A stretch of DNA of 64,000 bases, from NCBI GenBank assembly GCA_964422035.1, contig CAYQZQ010000001.1:377013-441012 (forward strand), read 5' to 3'. Origin of the DNA: an uncultured Pseudomonadales bacterium. GTDB lineage: Bacteria > Patescibacteriota > Microgenomatia > UBA1400 > Chazhemtobacteraceae. Shown here piece by piece: positions 31,914-41,720 of the stretch (positions within the stretch are counted from its first letter, which is position 1; the number at the start of each line of letters is the position of its first letter). The translations under genes and the position numbers were made by a program. The notes below the pieces were generated by a model. That model saw only the letters and a list, made by a program, of their open reading frames with translations. It searched no databases and was not told the DNA's origin.

Positions 31914-32429
31914 CTATCTCTTCAACCTTTTTAATGCCTTTATCTTTTCTGGATGTGATGATCCGATTATTCTACAAAAATCCATGTGGGATCTTGTAGA
32001 AATGTAGAATCTCCAGTAATTAGGATCTGCTTTCTTGCTAGGATTGTGAATCTTACCGCAAGAAATATTCAACTTAAACAAGTAATCCCTTACTTGTTTT
32101 AAGTCATTCAGATCTTTCTGAGCAAAATAGATATAAAATCTAACTTTGCTACTTTTAGCTATTCCTCCATCAGCGTCAAAATAACCACGAATATAGTTGA
32201 TTCTATCTTTCCTGTTGGATAATTTATAATCCTTGAGCAAAGATTTAGAGAATTCAACTATGTATACTGAACGGTTTTTTCCTTCTTTATAGATCCAGGC
32301 CTTAACGCCTAGTTTTCTAATTTCAGAAGCAATAAACTCTACAAAATCTCTCGATTTTTGAGAAATTCTGTAAGTTAGTTTTCGTTCAGTGGCATCGTGT
32401 AAGACGCCGAGAAGATAAGCTTTAGACAT
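31914..32429 (-). CDS. intron-encoded compact double-motif LAGLIDADG homing endonuclease/maturase
   Basis: AYLLGVLHDA and YIRGYFDADGG helices. Confidence 0.88.
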   Translation of the reverse strand: MSKAYLLGVLHDATERKLTYRISQKSRDFVEFIASEIRKLGVKAWIYKEGKNRSVYIVEFSKSLLKDYKLSNRKDRINYIRGYFDADGGIAKSSKVRFYIYFAQKDLNDLKQVRDYLFKLNISCGKIHNPSKKADPNYWRFYISTRSHMDFCRIIGSSHPEKIKALKRLKR

Positions 32430-32512
32430 CCACTTTAGGTGCTCGCGTATAGTCTCTACGGAGTCCCTTTTTAATTGTTAAAAAGGGTTCCCTCGCGGTT
32501 GCCCTTGATTTC

Positions 32513-32541
32513 AGTAAACCCGAAAGTTAACCGAAAGTCAA
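32513..32541 (-). promoter_or_regulatory. putative internal promoter/operator TTGACT-[TTCGG-N6-TTCGG-G]-TTTACT upstream of the LAGLIDADG ORF
   Basis: -35 TTGACT, 17-bp spacer, weak -10 TTTACT; near-identical copy at 34647-34675. Confidence 0.55.
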
Positions 32542-33003
32542 TAGGGTTTCCCCGATACAGCGAGATTTTACTTGGAAATTACTTTCCAAGGTCGCAACAA
32601 ATTTACGACTTAGCCCCCATCGCCAACCTTGCCTTAAGCGGCCCCGTAAGGGGTACCGACTTCGGGCACTGCTGACTTTGTTGACTTGACGGGCAGTGTG
32701 GACAAGAAACGAGAACGTATTCACCGCAGTATAGCTGACCTGCGATTACTACCGACTCCCCTTCATGTGGGCGAATTGCAGCCCACAATCCGAACTGAGG
32801 AAGGTTTTAAAGGATTAGCTCAAGATTACTCTGTCGCAACCCGTTGTACCTCCCATTACACCATGTGTGTGGCCCTAGACATAAGCGCCATGCTGATTTG
32901 ACGTCGTCCCCTCCTTCCTCCCTGATTGTACCAGGGCAGTTCCGCATGAATATTTAACATACGGTAGGGGTTGCGTTCGTTACCGCACTTAAGCGGACGC
33001 CTC

Positions 33004-33264
33004 CAAAATGTTTGAACATTACTCCAAACGTAGACTATACCTTCATCCTTTTATGTTAAAAGGAGCTGGCGTGTTATTCACATCAATAATTTGCCAAAAA
33101 GGCAGAATGTGAATCTTCATCTTGAAAATCAAGAATCTAGTCGTTACAGGGTCAATCAAGTAGAACTTGACGACTTCCCTCGGGGTTACCCTTTTTACAG
33201 GGGTTCTCCGATATGAGCCAGATTTGTCATCACCGTTACCGGTGAAGGTCGCGAAGCGTAATTC
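33004..33264 (-). mobile_element. ORF-less group I intron at E. coli 16S position about 1078 (261 nt)
   Basis: Splits GTGTCGT|GAGGCGT; U/G termini; IGS GCGAC; P10 ACGCUUC/GAGGCGU; core elements GTAACGACTA and GGTATAGTC. Confidence 0.9.
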
Positions 33265-33412
33265 ACGACACGAACTGACGACAACCATGCAGCAGCTGTG
33301 CACCACCCTCGAAGGCGACTCCCTTTCAGGAGCTTGCAGGTGCATGTCAAATCTAGGTAAGGTTCTTCGGTTTGTATCGAATTAAACCACATGGAACGCC
33401 GGTTGTACGTTT

Positions 33413-33444
<32 letters not shown>

Positions 33445-34119
33445 ACCGTACTCCCCAGGCGGAACACTTAACGCGTTAGCTTGCGCCAGCCAGAAATAAA
33501 AATTTCCAGCCAGCTAGTGTTCATCGTTTACGGCTAGGACTACCTGGGTCTCTAATCCAGTTTGCTACCCTAGCTTTCGTTCATTAGCGTCAGTATGGTT
33601 CTAGATGTCTGCCTTCGCTCTTGGCGTTCCTCTCGATATCAACGGGTTTCACTCCTCCACCGAGAATTCCAACATCCCCGAACCTACTCTAGTCAAACAG
33701 TTTGGCGAGCTTTTCCCTAGTTGAGCCAGGGGATTTAACCCGTCACTTATTTAACCGCCTACGAACCCTTTACGCCCAGTAAATCCGGATAACGCTTGCA
33801 CCCTACGTATTACCGATGCTTCTGGCACGTAGTTAGCAGGTGCTTTCTAGAGAGGTACCGTCAGAACTTCTTCCCCCTCCACAGTGGTTTACAACCCGAA
33901 GGCTGTCATCCCACACGCGGCGTCGCTGCGTCAGACTTTCGTCCATTGCGCAATATTCCCAGTTGCTGCCACCCGTAGGTGTAGAACCCGTCATGTAATT
34001 CCCTCTGTTTCCAGGGGCATGGACTATATCTTCAGTCCTCAATTAGATTGAGGAGGTCAGCGTGTGATGAGCCGAAAAATCGAACTCATCTCACCTACTA
34101 TAAATAGTAGGATCAGTCT

Positions 34120-34629
34120 CTACGGGGTTATAGATAATCGTTGTTTAACCTCTTGGGCAATGTCATTGATGTACTCTAGTTTTGGTTTTCTTGAGTTAGC
34201 CAAACGCATTTGTTTGGCTATATCAAGAGCTGCCAGAAAAGAATTAAAATCAGTGTGCCTATCATGAGAATTAATAATTTCAAGAGCCCAAAGAGCTCTT
34301 TGTTTTTTAATTTTTAGATAGGGTAATAATTGAGGCAAGATCTGCCTAACTTTTCTGGAGCCACCCATCTCCCACTCAACCTGATTATGGTTGGCGTAGT
34401 GATGAAGATAACCAGTCTGAAGAGTTTCTTTTACCCAGTTTAAAACGTCAGCATCTTGCGGTCTTTGGGTGATACTCACCTTTATGTTGATAATCCAGAG
34501 AAAAACTCTGCGTTCATCTTTCAAAAAGGCTGGCCTAATACTGCCATCACCATCGATAAGACCAGCTAGATAAGCTGCGTCTGATTGGTTAATAACGACT
34601 TCCGAACTTCCCACGGTATTGCCATACAA
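34120..34629 (-). CDS. intron-encoded single-motif LAGLIDADG homing endonuclease
   Basis: AYLAGLIDGDGSI, VSITQ, LLPYLKIKK (I-CreI-like layout). Confidence 0.92.
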   Translation of the reverse strand: MYGNTVGSSEVVINQSDAAYLAGLIDGDGSIRPAFLKDERRVFLWIINIKVSITQRPQDADVLNWVKETLQTGYLHHYANHNQVEWEMGGSRKVRQILPQLLPYLKIKKQRALWALEIINSHDRHTDFNSFLAALDIAKQMRLANSRKPKLEYINDIAQEVKQRLSITP

Positions 34630-34646
34630 AAAAATAATATATCCTC

Positions 34647-34675
34647 AGTAAACCCGAAAGTTTACCGAAAGTCAA
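34647..34675 (-). promoter_or_regulatory. putative internal promoter/operator upstream of the LAGLIDADG ORF
   Basis: TTGACT-TTCGGTAAACTTTCGGG-TTTACT, ending 17 nt before the ORF start. Confidence 0.55.
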
Positions 34676-35004
34676 TGATTTTGTTTAGGTTTCACCGTTA
34701 TTAGCTGAATTTGTCTGCACAGTTACCTGTGCAGGAGACCCGTGTTGATCTCAGTGTTCTTGTGGGGGGTCGTGCTCTCACACCCCCTACCCGTCATAGC
34801 CTTGGTAAGCCATTACCTTACCAACTAGCTGATAGGAAGCAGGCTCCTCCATCGGCGAACAGTTACGTTCTTTTATCTTGCGATGTTATGCGGTATTAAC
34901 CAATCTTTCGACTGGTTATTCCCCACCAAAGGGTAGATTCCTACTCGTTACTCACCCGTCTGCCACTAAAGCTCCGAAGAGCTTTCGTTTGACTTGCATG
35001 CTTA

Positions 35005-35047
<43 letters not shown>

Positions 35048-35191
35048 ATAAAAGAATTTGAATCCATAAACTAATAAATTAGTTTAGGCTTAGATTCGAA
35101 TTGACGTTACATACCCTTCCTGCCACTTCTCAAATGACAGAAGGATAATTTGTTAAGGTGCCATACAGTGTCTTATGAAAACTGCTTATAC

Positions 35192-35220
35192 ATTGTACCG
35201 TTTTTGTGAATATCTATCAA
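35192..35220 (-). promoter_or_regulatory. sigma70 promoter of the 16S gene
   Basis: TTGATA-N17-TACAAT; the -35 overlaps the galE stop codon. Confidence 0.8.
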
Positions 35221-36200
35221 GCCTTATGATACTTCTTGTGCCATGCCCAGGCGGACTGGATTATAGTCTCAAGATCTGAGTGCTTGGGTTGCCAACCAAG
35301 GTGCTCTTTGATTTTTGAAGAATCGGCTACAAGAGTGTCGGCATCACCGGGGCGGCGATCTTGATAGCTGTATGTGTTATCAGTACCGGTGACTTTGATA
35401 ATGGTTTCGGCTATTTGTTTATTGGAGTATCCATGCCCAGTACCAACATTGTATGCGGTGTTGATGTCATCTTTTTGATTATTTTCCAGGGCTTTTAGGG
35501 CCTTGATGTGAGCAGAAGCTAAATCTAGAACATGAATGTAGTCACGTACACAGGTGCCATCATCTGTGTTGTAGTTATCTCCGAAGATGTAGAAGTCTTT
35601 GTTTTCTAAGATACGTTGGATAAAGATAGGAATAATATGAGACTCTGGTTGGTGGTCTTCTCCTAGAGACCCGTCAAGCTTGGCCCCGGCAGCATTGAAG
35701 TATCGCAGGGTGACGTAGTCTAGATTGTGAGCTGTATTAAACCAGTGAAGCATGTGTTCTATTTCAAGTTTGGTTTGACCATATGGATTTTCAGGTCTTT
35801 TGTCTGCATCTTCAGGAATAGGTAGTGAGTCAGGTTGCCCATAGACACCGGCGGTGGAGGAGAAAACAATCTTGTCAACCTTAGCATCTACCATGGCTTC
35901 AAGAAGATTTAAAGTACCAACAACGTTGTTGCGGTAGTACTTGCCAGGGTCTTCATACGACTCGCCCATCTGGATGTAAGCGGCAAACTGCATGACAGCG
36001 TCTGGTTTTTCTTGCTGAAGAGCTTTTCGAATTTGGTCTTTTTCAAGTAGGTCACCTTTTATTAGTTTTGTATCTTGGATGGCCCATTGGTGGCCCTTTT
36101 CCATGGAGTCAAAGACAACTGTTTGATGACCGGCTTTTTTAAGTTGTTGATTGGTTATTGAGCCAATATAACCGGCTCCACCGACTACTAAGATTTTCAT
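35217..36200 (-). CDS. galE: UDP-glucose 4-epimerase
   Basis: GGAGYIGS, FSSTA, YGQTK, LRYFNAAGA, DGTCVRDYIHV. Confidence 0.95.
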   Translation of the reverse strand: MKILVVGGAGYIGSITNQQLKKAGHQTVVFDSMEKGHQWAIQDTKLIKGDLLEKDQIRKALQQEKPDAVMQFAAYIQMGESYEDPGKYYRNNVVGTLNLLEAMVDAKVDKIVFSSTAGVYGQPDSLPIPEDADKRPENPYGQTKLEIEHMLHWFNTAHNLDYVTLRYFNAAGAKLDGSLGEDHQPESHIIPIFIQRILENKDFYIFGDNYNTDDGTCVRDYIHVLDLASAHIKALKALENNQKDDINTAYNVGTGHGYSNKQIAETIIKVTGTDNTYSYQDRRPGDADTLVADSSKIKEHLGWQPKHSDLETIIQSAWAWHKKYHKA

Positions 36201-36216
36201 TTTTAAGTTTTTAAAT

Positions 36217-36543
36217 TTATAATTTTTTTGATTTAGTTATGTTAGGTTCTTTATCGTATATAGGTATAACAGGCGGTTGTTGATCATTTATGGGAATCTT
36301 TAGGGCAAAAGCCAAGGCATTGGCGACAGCCACACCAACACGGGTGCCGGTAAAAGAGCCGGGGCCAGGGTTGACCTGGATACTAGTAAGATCCTCTTTT
36401 TTGGCTCCTACTTTTGTAAGAGCTTCATCGATGACTGACAGAATCTGTTGATCTCTGGGAGTTGAGTAGTTTTTAACAAACTCTTTGTCATCAATTTTTA
36501 CTATTGTCTTGGTGTTGTCTGTGGTGTCTAGATATAGTTTCAT
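36217..36543 (-). CDS. tsaB: minimal TsaB (t6A biosynthesis)
   Basis: LYLDT and GPGSFTGTRVG; only 108 aa; adjacent to tsaE. Confidence 0.85.
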   Translation of the reverse strand: MKLYLDTTDNTKTIVKIDDKEFVKNYSTPRDQQILSVIDEALTKVGAKKEDLTSIQVNPGPGSFTGTRVGVAVANALAFALKIPINDQQPPVIPIYDKEPNITKSKKL

Positions 36544-36962
36544 TTTTCAATTGAGATTAGTCGTGTATTTTGATCTTTAACTGCAAAGTTTAATCTTAGA
36601 TGATTTTTTGGTAACTGACCCTCAATTTTATCAGCCCACTCGATTAATACCAGATTTGACTTGTCTTGCCAGATCTCTTGGATGCCCAGGTCAAGGATTT
36701 GTTGAGTGGAGTTTAGACGGTATAGATCAATGTGATAGAGGGTTTTAAAGCGGGAGTGATCTATGGAGTACTGACGAATCAGAGTATAGGTGGGAGAGAG
36801 CATACTATCTATATTAAGCAACTGCCCTACTCCTTGAGCGAAGACGGTTTTACCGGACCCTAAGGGGCCCACAAGGGCTACCAGATTGGTGGATAGTGAT
36901 GTGAGTATGTCCTCTGCCAGATCCTTGGTTTCTTGAGGTGAGTGAGTGGTTATTTTATCCAT
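36540..36962 (-). CDS. tsaE: t6A ATPase TsaE
   Basis: GPLGSGKT, SPTY, HIDLYRL, IEW. Confidence 0.95.
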   Translation of the reverse strand: MDKITTHSPQETKDLAEDILTSLSTNLVALVGPLGSGKTVFAQGVGQLLNIDSMLSPTYTLIRQYSIDHSRFKTLYHIDLYRLNSTQQILDLGIQEIWQDKSNLVLIEWADKIEGQLPKNHLRLNFAVKDQNTRLISIEK

Positions 36963-37318
36963 TTTAGAAGTTTATGATTTTTACGTAGAAAAATCCAAGC
37001 CAGTATTAAACCAGTGATATCAAAAAGCAGTACATCACGAAGGCTACCCCCTCTGCCGGGAGTAAATAACTGGTGGGTTTCATCAGTGAAAGCGTATAAA
37101 GCACCTATTAAAAAAGCTTTTTTGTGTTTGTCTTTCTTTTGTAAAGCGCGGGACAGTAAAACAAATAAAGTTGCATACTCAAATACATGGGCGGTTTTTT
37201 TAACAACAAAGTCTATGGGGTCGATGCTACTGGCTTGAATAATAGGTAGTGAAGATAGATAAAAGATGACTGCCATCCATAAAAAAACTGGGACCCAGCG
37301 CTTGAGAAATTTTGCCAT
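36950..37318 (-). CDS. VanZ family protein
   Basis: KTAHVFEY, DETHQLFTPGR. Confidence 0.9.
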   Translation of the reverse strand: MAKFLKRWVPVFLWMAVIFYLSSLPIIQASSIDPIDFVVKKTAHVFEYATLFVLLSRALQKKDKHKKAFLIGALYAFTDETHQLFTPGRGGSLRDVLLFDITGLILAWIFLRKNHKLLKWIK

Positions 37319-37330
37319 AGGCTGATTTTA

Positions 37331-38176
37331 TCATTCTGAGCGAAAAATCCTAAGTTGGCGTCTTCCCCAGAGAGCAAGCGAGGTAAGACTAAGCCCCCCG
37401 CCAAGAAACATAAGTAAGCGAGGCATACGAGAAGGAGAAGATGAAGATAGGGACTTTGAAACACTGCTTGTAGAGCTAGCTTGAGATGAAGGAGTACTAG
37501 ATTCTGATAAAACCAAACCAGACGGGCTGGATTGAGAAGATTCAGTGGGAGTAGTAATAGTTGTTGTTGTAGCTAAAACTTTTTTGGAGATAGTAGGGGT
37601 TGGGACATATGTTGAACTAGGAGCTTGAATCTTACTGGGCGCAGGGGTCGGTGTTGGTGTAGATGTTGAAGTGGTAGTGGGAGTAGATGTAGGAGTTGGA
37701 GTAGGAGTAGAAGGAGCCTGATTAGCTTGATTGAAGGTTGGGTCAGTATTGGCTACAAAATCTCCTGAGCCGTCAGGGATACGAGAATAGGTTTTGTTAT
37801 CTGTCGAGGAAGAGTACTGATAGGAATCAATTAATTGAGCTTTGTTGTCAAACAACTTAACGGTATCACCTGAATTATTTAACCAACCTTTGCCTTCAGG
37901 TTGCTGGAAGACCATAAAACCCTGGGCAGGAATGATGGTACTAGTGTAGATAGCTTGAGTGATAGTTAGGTCATCAGAGCTGATTTTATTATCATCCTGG
38001 ATCTCCCAGCCCTCAAGATCAACTTGCTCACTACCAAGATTGAATAACTCCACCCATTCTGGATCACAATCAGGACAAAACTCATTTATGACCACTTGAG
38101 CTAAAACAAAAAAGGGGGAGATGAAAAATAAACAAGAGAAAACTGCTAGAAAGAAGAGAAGCAGTTTAACTCTCAT
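37331..38176 (-). CDS. lamin-tail-domain surface protein with S/T/P linker and C-terminal TM
   Basis: VVINE...EWVELFN...DLEGW, LNNSGD, SRIPDG. Confidence 0.85.
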   Translation of the reverse strand: MRVKLLLFFLAVFSCLFFISPFFVLAQVVINEFCPDCDPEWVELFNLGSEQVDLEGWEIQDDNKISSDDLTITQAIYTSTIIPAQGFMVFQQPEGKGWLNNSGDTVKLFDNKAQLIDSYQYSSSTDNKTYSRIPDGSGDFVANTDPTFNQANQAPSTPTPTPTSTPTTTSTSTPTPTPAPSKIQAPSSTYVPTPTISKKVLATTTTITTPTESSQSSPSGLVLSESSTPSSQASSTSSVSKSLSSSSPSRMPRLLMFLGGGLSLTSLALWGRRQLRIFRSE

Positions 38177-38201
38177 AAGGAAAGTTTATCAGAAATCGGT
38201 A

Positions 38202-39356
38202 CTAGGGTAGGTGCCAATAAAGAGTGACTAATCCATCTCCATGATCAATGACCATCCCTTTGCCAATGGTTCCCGTTAGCCAACAAGCTTCAGAATCTTG
38301 AGTTAAATATGCAGCTCCAGATTCAGCAGCATAAATTGGGGCTCCTCTTGTTTCCCTATCTTCATATCTATAAGCAAAATCTAGTCCGGTGTGAGTACCA
38401 AGGATGTATGATTCGTGATATTCTGCGGTAATGATACTCCCAGGTAAAGGATGTTGTAATCTGTTGTTATCTAGATAATTATGAGGATTTACTCTGTCAC
38501 CAATAACTTTCCCTTTTTCAACTTTAGCATTTTCGAAAACTTCGAAATGCAGATGAGGGTTAGTTGAGCAACCTGTATTGCCAACACTAGCTATGATTTC
38601 TCCCCTATCTACCTCACCGATCTTAGTGCCAATTGAAGATAGCGCTCTTTGAATAGAGGCTTTATCGGCTTTGGCAATAGCTAAGAGTCTCTGAAATCTC
38701 TCCTCTTTATTTTTAGTCTCTTCAAACAAGATTTCTTTCTGTGTTTGTTGTTGAGTGAGTGTGGCTTCTTGTTCTTGTAAGCTATCTTGAAGAGCTTTTA
38801 CTTCGGCTTGCTTATCTTCTTTGGAAGTTTTTTGCTGATCATAGTCAGTCCGGGCATTATTCAACTCATGCATTATTAGCTGATCTCGGCGCTGAGCAAG
38901 TTGTAAGTAGTGTAAGCGATTTTGAAAATTATTTAAGGATTTACTGGAGAGAAATACCAGCATGGAGTTTGGTTGACGAGATTTGTATGCAGCTTTAACC
39001 CGAGACTGAAATACCTGACTGAGGCTGTCTAACTCTTTATTTAAGTCTTCAATGACAATTCCAAGTGATTGGATTTCTTTTTCCAGTTTATTAATTTGGC
39101 TGCGAGTATTTTGTATTTGAGCATGAGTGAGACTTATTTTAGAATCCAAGAGATTGATAGTTGCTTGTAAAGTTGAACGCTTATTTTCCAAACTACCTAT
39201 CTTACTTTGACAGTCGTTTATGTAATCAGTGTAATTGAAGTCTGGATTAGGATTTTCGGGTAAAGAATCTCCACACTCAATAGCTTGAGAAGAAGTAAAG
39301 GGAATGAAGATTATTAAGCTGAGAAGTATGATGGGAAAAATTATTTTTTTCTTCAT
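38202..39356 (-). CDS. coiled-coil protein with a circularly permuted M23 peptidase domain, partner of FtsEX
   Basis: Signal peptide and long coiled coil; PHLHFEV comes before HTGLD and the terminal LYWHL. Confidence 0.85.
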   Translation of the reverse strand: MKKKIIFPIILLSLIIFIPFTSSQAIECGDSLPENPNPDFNYTDYINDCQSKIGSLENKRSTLQATINLLDSKISLTHAQIQNTRSQINKLEKEIQSLGIVIEDLNKELDSLSQVFQSRVKAAYKSRQPNSMLVFLSSKSLNNFQNRLHYLQLAQRRDQLIMHELNNARTDYDQQKTSKEDKQAEVKALQDSLQEQEATLTQQQTQKEILFEETKNKEERFQRLLAIAKADKASIQRALSSIGTKIGEVDRGEIIASVGNTGCSTNPHLHFEVFENAKVEKGKVIGDRVNPHNYLDNNRLQHPLPGSIITAEYHESYILGTHTGLDFAYRYEDRETRGAPIYAAESGAAYLTQDSEACWLTGTIGKGMVIDHGDGLVTLYWHLP

Positions 39357-40261
39357 TTTTTTAGGAAGCGAGCAACTGCTAATGATCCAGAAACTAGCCC
39401 TAAAAGGACAGCGAAGACCATTAAGCCTGCCAGCACCTGCAGCATGAAGAGCGGAGAGGGTGGTAAGGGAATGATGCCAGCTAAACGAGGTGCTAAAAAT
39501 GGAGTGGTGTAGAGAAGGGCTATGTAAGCAAACAACCAGCCGAAAGTGGCGCCGGTTGTGCTGTAGAAAATGGATTCTAGTAGATATGGCATGGCGATAA
39601 ACTTATTCTCGGCTCCTAAAAGCTTTAAGGTCTTGATTTCGAAACGACGATGGCCGATTTTTAGGGAAACGATGATCATGATGGTAAGGATTGAAGAGAA
39701 GGTTAGGGCAGTAATGAGAGTAATGCCGGCTAGGCGAATGGCTTTTGTCCAGGCGGTTAATTGCCTGACAACATCTTGAGGGAAGTCTATATCTTTTTGT
39801 CCTTGAGCATTGGTATCAACCAAGGATGAGTTTTGCAGTACTTCCATTACTTGGGGGAAGTCTTTGGAGTTTTTAACAGACACCTCTAGCGAAGCAGGAA
39901 GAATGTCAGCGGTAATTACAGAAAGGTCAGTAACTGTACCTAAAAGAAGCGGATCATTGCCAACGCTTTCTTTATAAATTTCTAAGGCTTCTTGCTGGGA
40001 AACATACTTAACGCCCTCTACAGCCTCTGTTTGCTCAAGCTGTGTTTGTAGGGGAGTTACTTGTTGTTGAGTAACATCATCTTTTAGATAGGCAATAACT
40101 TGAGGACGAGTCTCGAAGTGACGCAAGGTCACCTGAGCACCTAGGGCTACCAAAGCAAAGACGGTGGTTACAAAAAAGGTAACTGTCAAAACGGCAGTAG
40201 CTGATAAGGCTTGATAAGGAGTACGACGGATATTTTTTAGAGCGGTTTTATATGATCTCAT
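39353..40261 (-). CDS. ftsX: cell division permease FtsX
   Basis: 4 TM helices; YVSQQEAL, LPASLEV, EI..LKLLGA. Confidence 0.9.
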   Translation of the reverse strand: MRSYKTALKNIRRTPYQALSATAVLTVTFFVTTVFALVALGAQVTLRHFETRPQVIAYLKDDVTQQQVTPLQTQLEQTEAVEGVKYVSQQEALEIYKESVGNDPLLLGTVTDLSVITADILPASLEVSVKNSKDFPQVMEVLQNSSLVDTNAQGQKDIDFPQDVVRQLTAWTKAIRLAGITLITALTFSSILTIMIIVSLKIGHRRFEIKTLKLLGAENKFIAMPYLLESIFYSTTGATFGWLFAYIALLYTTPFLAPRLAGIIPLPPSPLFMLQVLAGLMVFAVLLGLVSGSLAVARFLKK

Positions 40262-41124
40262 GATTTTTTATCTTGTTTTTTATTATTGGTTTTGTCTTTG
40301 TCTTTATTTTCTTCTTTGGGCTTGTCGTCTTTTTTGTCTTTAGATTTTTCTGCCTCTTCTGTTTTTTTCTCTTCTTTTTTACTATCTGACTTGGTGTCTT
40401 GTTTGATTTCATCTGGATCTTGTTTTTTGTCTCTTTTGGCTAGCTTTTTTGGTTTGGGCTTATCTTCTTCTTTTTGAGCGTCGTTGATGGATGGGAGTTT
40501 AATCTGCCTTTGATCAAGATAGTCGATGATGGGTTGATCGTGAGTGGCTAGTACTACGGTAGTGCCCAGTTGATTGATTTGTTTTAATAAATCAGCGATC
40601 TGCTTGGCAGTACTTATGTCAAGGTTGCCGGTTGGCTCATCTGCTAGGAGAATTTCTGGCTCGGTTGCCATGGCGCGGGCTAGACTGACTCGTTGTAGTT
40701 CTCCGCCGGACAGTTGAACGGGAAATAAAAGTTTTTTTGATGAGAGACCGACCAACTCTAGTAAGTGGTCGACACGATCTTCGATAGCTTTATCTTCTAA
40801 ACCAAGTATTTCTAAACTTAGAGAGATGTTTTCTTGGACTGTTTTGTCTTCGATGATGCGAAAGTCTTGAAAGGCAAAGCCTACTTTGTGACGGAGAGTG
40901 CGTACTTTTTTAGGATCAAGATCGGTGATGTCTTCACCATCTACCTTTATGGTGCCACTGGTAGGCTCAAGATCTTTATATAAAAGGCGCAAGAGAGATG
41001 TCTTGCCTGAACCGGAAGGGCCTTCGATGATGACAAATTCTTCAGGTTCTATCTTGAAACTTAGCTTCTTCAAGACGGTATCACCGTTGGCGAAGGTCTT
41101 GGTTACATTTTCAAAAATAATCAT
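40258..41124 (-). CDS. ftsE: cell division ATPase FtsE with a charged C-terminal tail
   Basis: [30 protein letters not shown]; upstream of ftsX. Confidence 0.92.
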   Translation of the reverse strand: MIIFENVTKTFANGDTVLKKLSFKIEPEEFVIIEGPSGSGKTSLLRLLYKDLEPTSGTIKVDGEDITDLDPKKVRTLRHKVGFAFQDFRIIEDKTVQENISLSLEILGLEDKAIEDRVDHLLELVGLSSKKLLFPVQLSGGELQRVSLARAMATEPEILLADEPTGNLDISTAKQIADLLKQINQLGTTVVLATHDQPIIDYLDQRQIKLPSINDAQKEEDKPKPKKLAKRDKKQDPDEIKQDTKSDSKKEEKKTEEAEKSKDKKDDKPKEENKDKDKTNNKKQDKKS

Positions 41125-41139
41125 GGCAGGCTAATAATT

Positions 41140-41682
41140 TTAGAACGGTTTCTCTGCGTTTAATTCAACAATCTTTAGTTTACCTACATCCATTAACCAA
41201 CCAGCTTTTCTGGCATCGTTGGTCTGGCCCCAGACTTTTATTTTGTGACCGATGAACTGATCAAGATCTACTACTGTAGAGGTTAGGTATACATTTTGAC
41301 TAGCATCTGATGGGCGCATTATGTGATGACTTCCCTCTCCATCGACTCCGCCTTTGACAAGAACTCCAGTGGCTTCATCAGGGAAGGTTTCACCTGGGTC
41401 TTCAACTCCGAAACTGTCTCCCTGGGAGATTTTTCCGTCTGGTGAAGCGGTTCTGACGGTAGTTGATTTTGAACTGCCGCCACTGGTTAGAGAGTGGACT
41501 CCATAACCGGTACCAATACCGGCAGCAATAACGGCTGTAACTAGTAAAATCTTTTGCCAGGGTAGAGAGGTGAAAAAGTTATCTTTTTTTTGTTTTTTAT
41601 CTGATTTTTGAGCTTCTTTTTGTGTTGTGTCTGACTCAGGCTGCTGTGAGTCGTTGACATTGATTTTTTTGAGTTCCGCCAT
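41140..41682 (-). CDS. conserved hypothetical single-TM protein
   Basis: 180-aa ORF between prfB and ftsE. Confidence 0.7.
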   Translation of the reverse strand: MAELKKINVNDSQQPESDTTQKEAQKSDKKQKKDNFFTSLPWQKILLVTAVIAAGIGTGYGVHSLTSGGSSKSTTVRTASPDGKISQGDSFGVEDPGETFPDEATGVLVKGGVDGEGSHHIMRPSDASQNVYLTSTVVDLDQFIGHKIKVWGQTNDARKAGWLMDVGKLKIVELNAEKPF

Positions 41683-41720
41683 GCTAGTTGCAGTTTGATT
41701 GGTAACTAATGACTAGTTTA

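Larger units (their letters stand above)
31882..32604 (-). mobile_element. group I intron at E. coli 16S position about 1498 (723 nt), ORF in the P8 region
   Basis: Splits AAGTCGT|AACAAGG; exon ends in U, intron ends in G; IGS GCGAC pairs GUCGU; P10 UUGUU/AACAA; core elements GTAGAGACTA and GAGATAGTCC. Confidence 0.92.
33992..34747 (-). mobile_element. group I intron at E. coli 16S position about 328 (756 nt), ORF upstream of P7
   Basis: Splits CTGAGAT|ACGGG; U/G termini; P1 GAGAU/GUCUC; core elements GTAGAGACTG and AAGATATAGTCC. Confidence 0.92.

Noticed and set aside
33043-33120. 25-codon mini-ORF in intron 1078 as an endonuclease remnant
   Set aside because: No LAGLIDADG similarity; the region is explained by intron hairpins.
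34640-34680. Hammerhead ribozyme suggested by CUGAGGA
   Set aside because: No stem II or downstream GAAA, and the second copy of the module lacks the motif.
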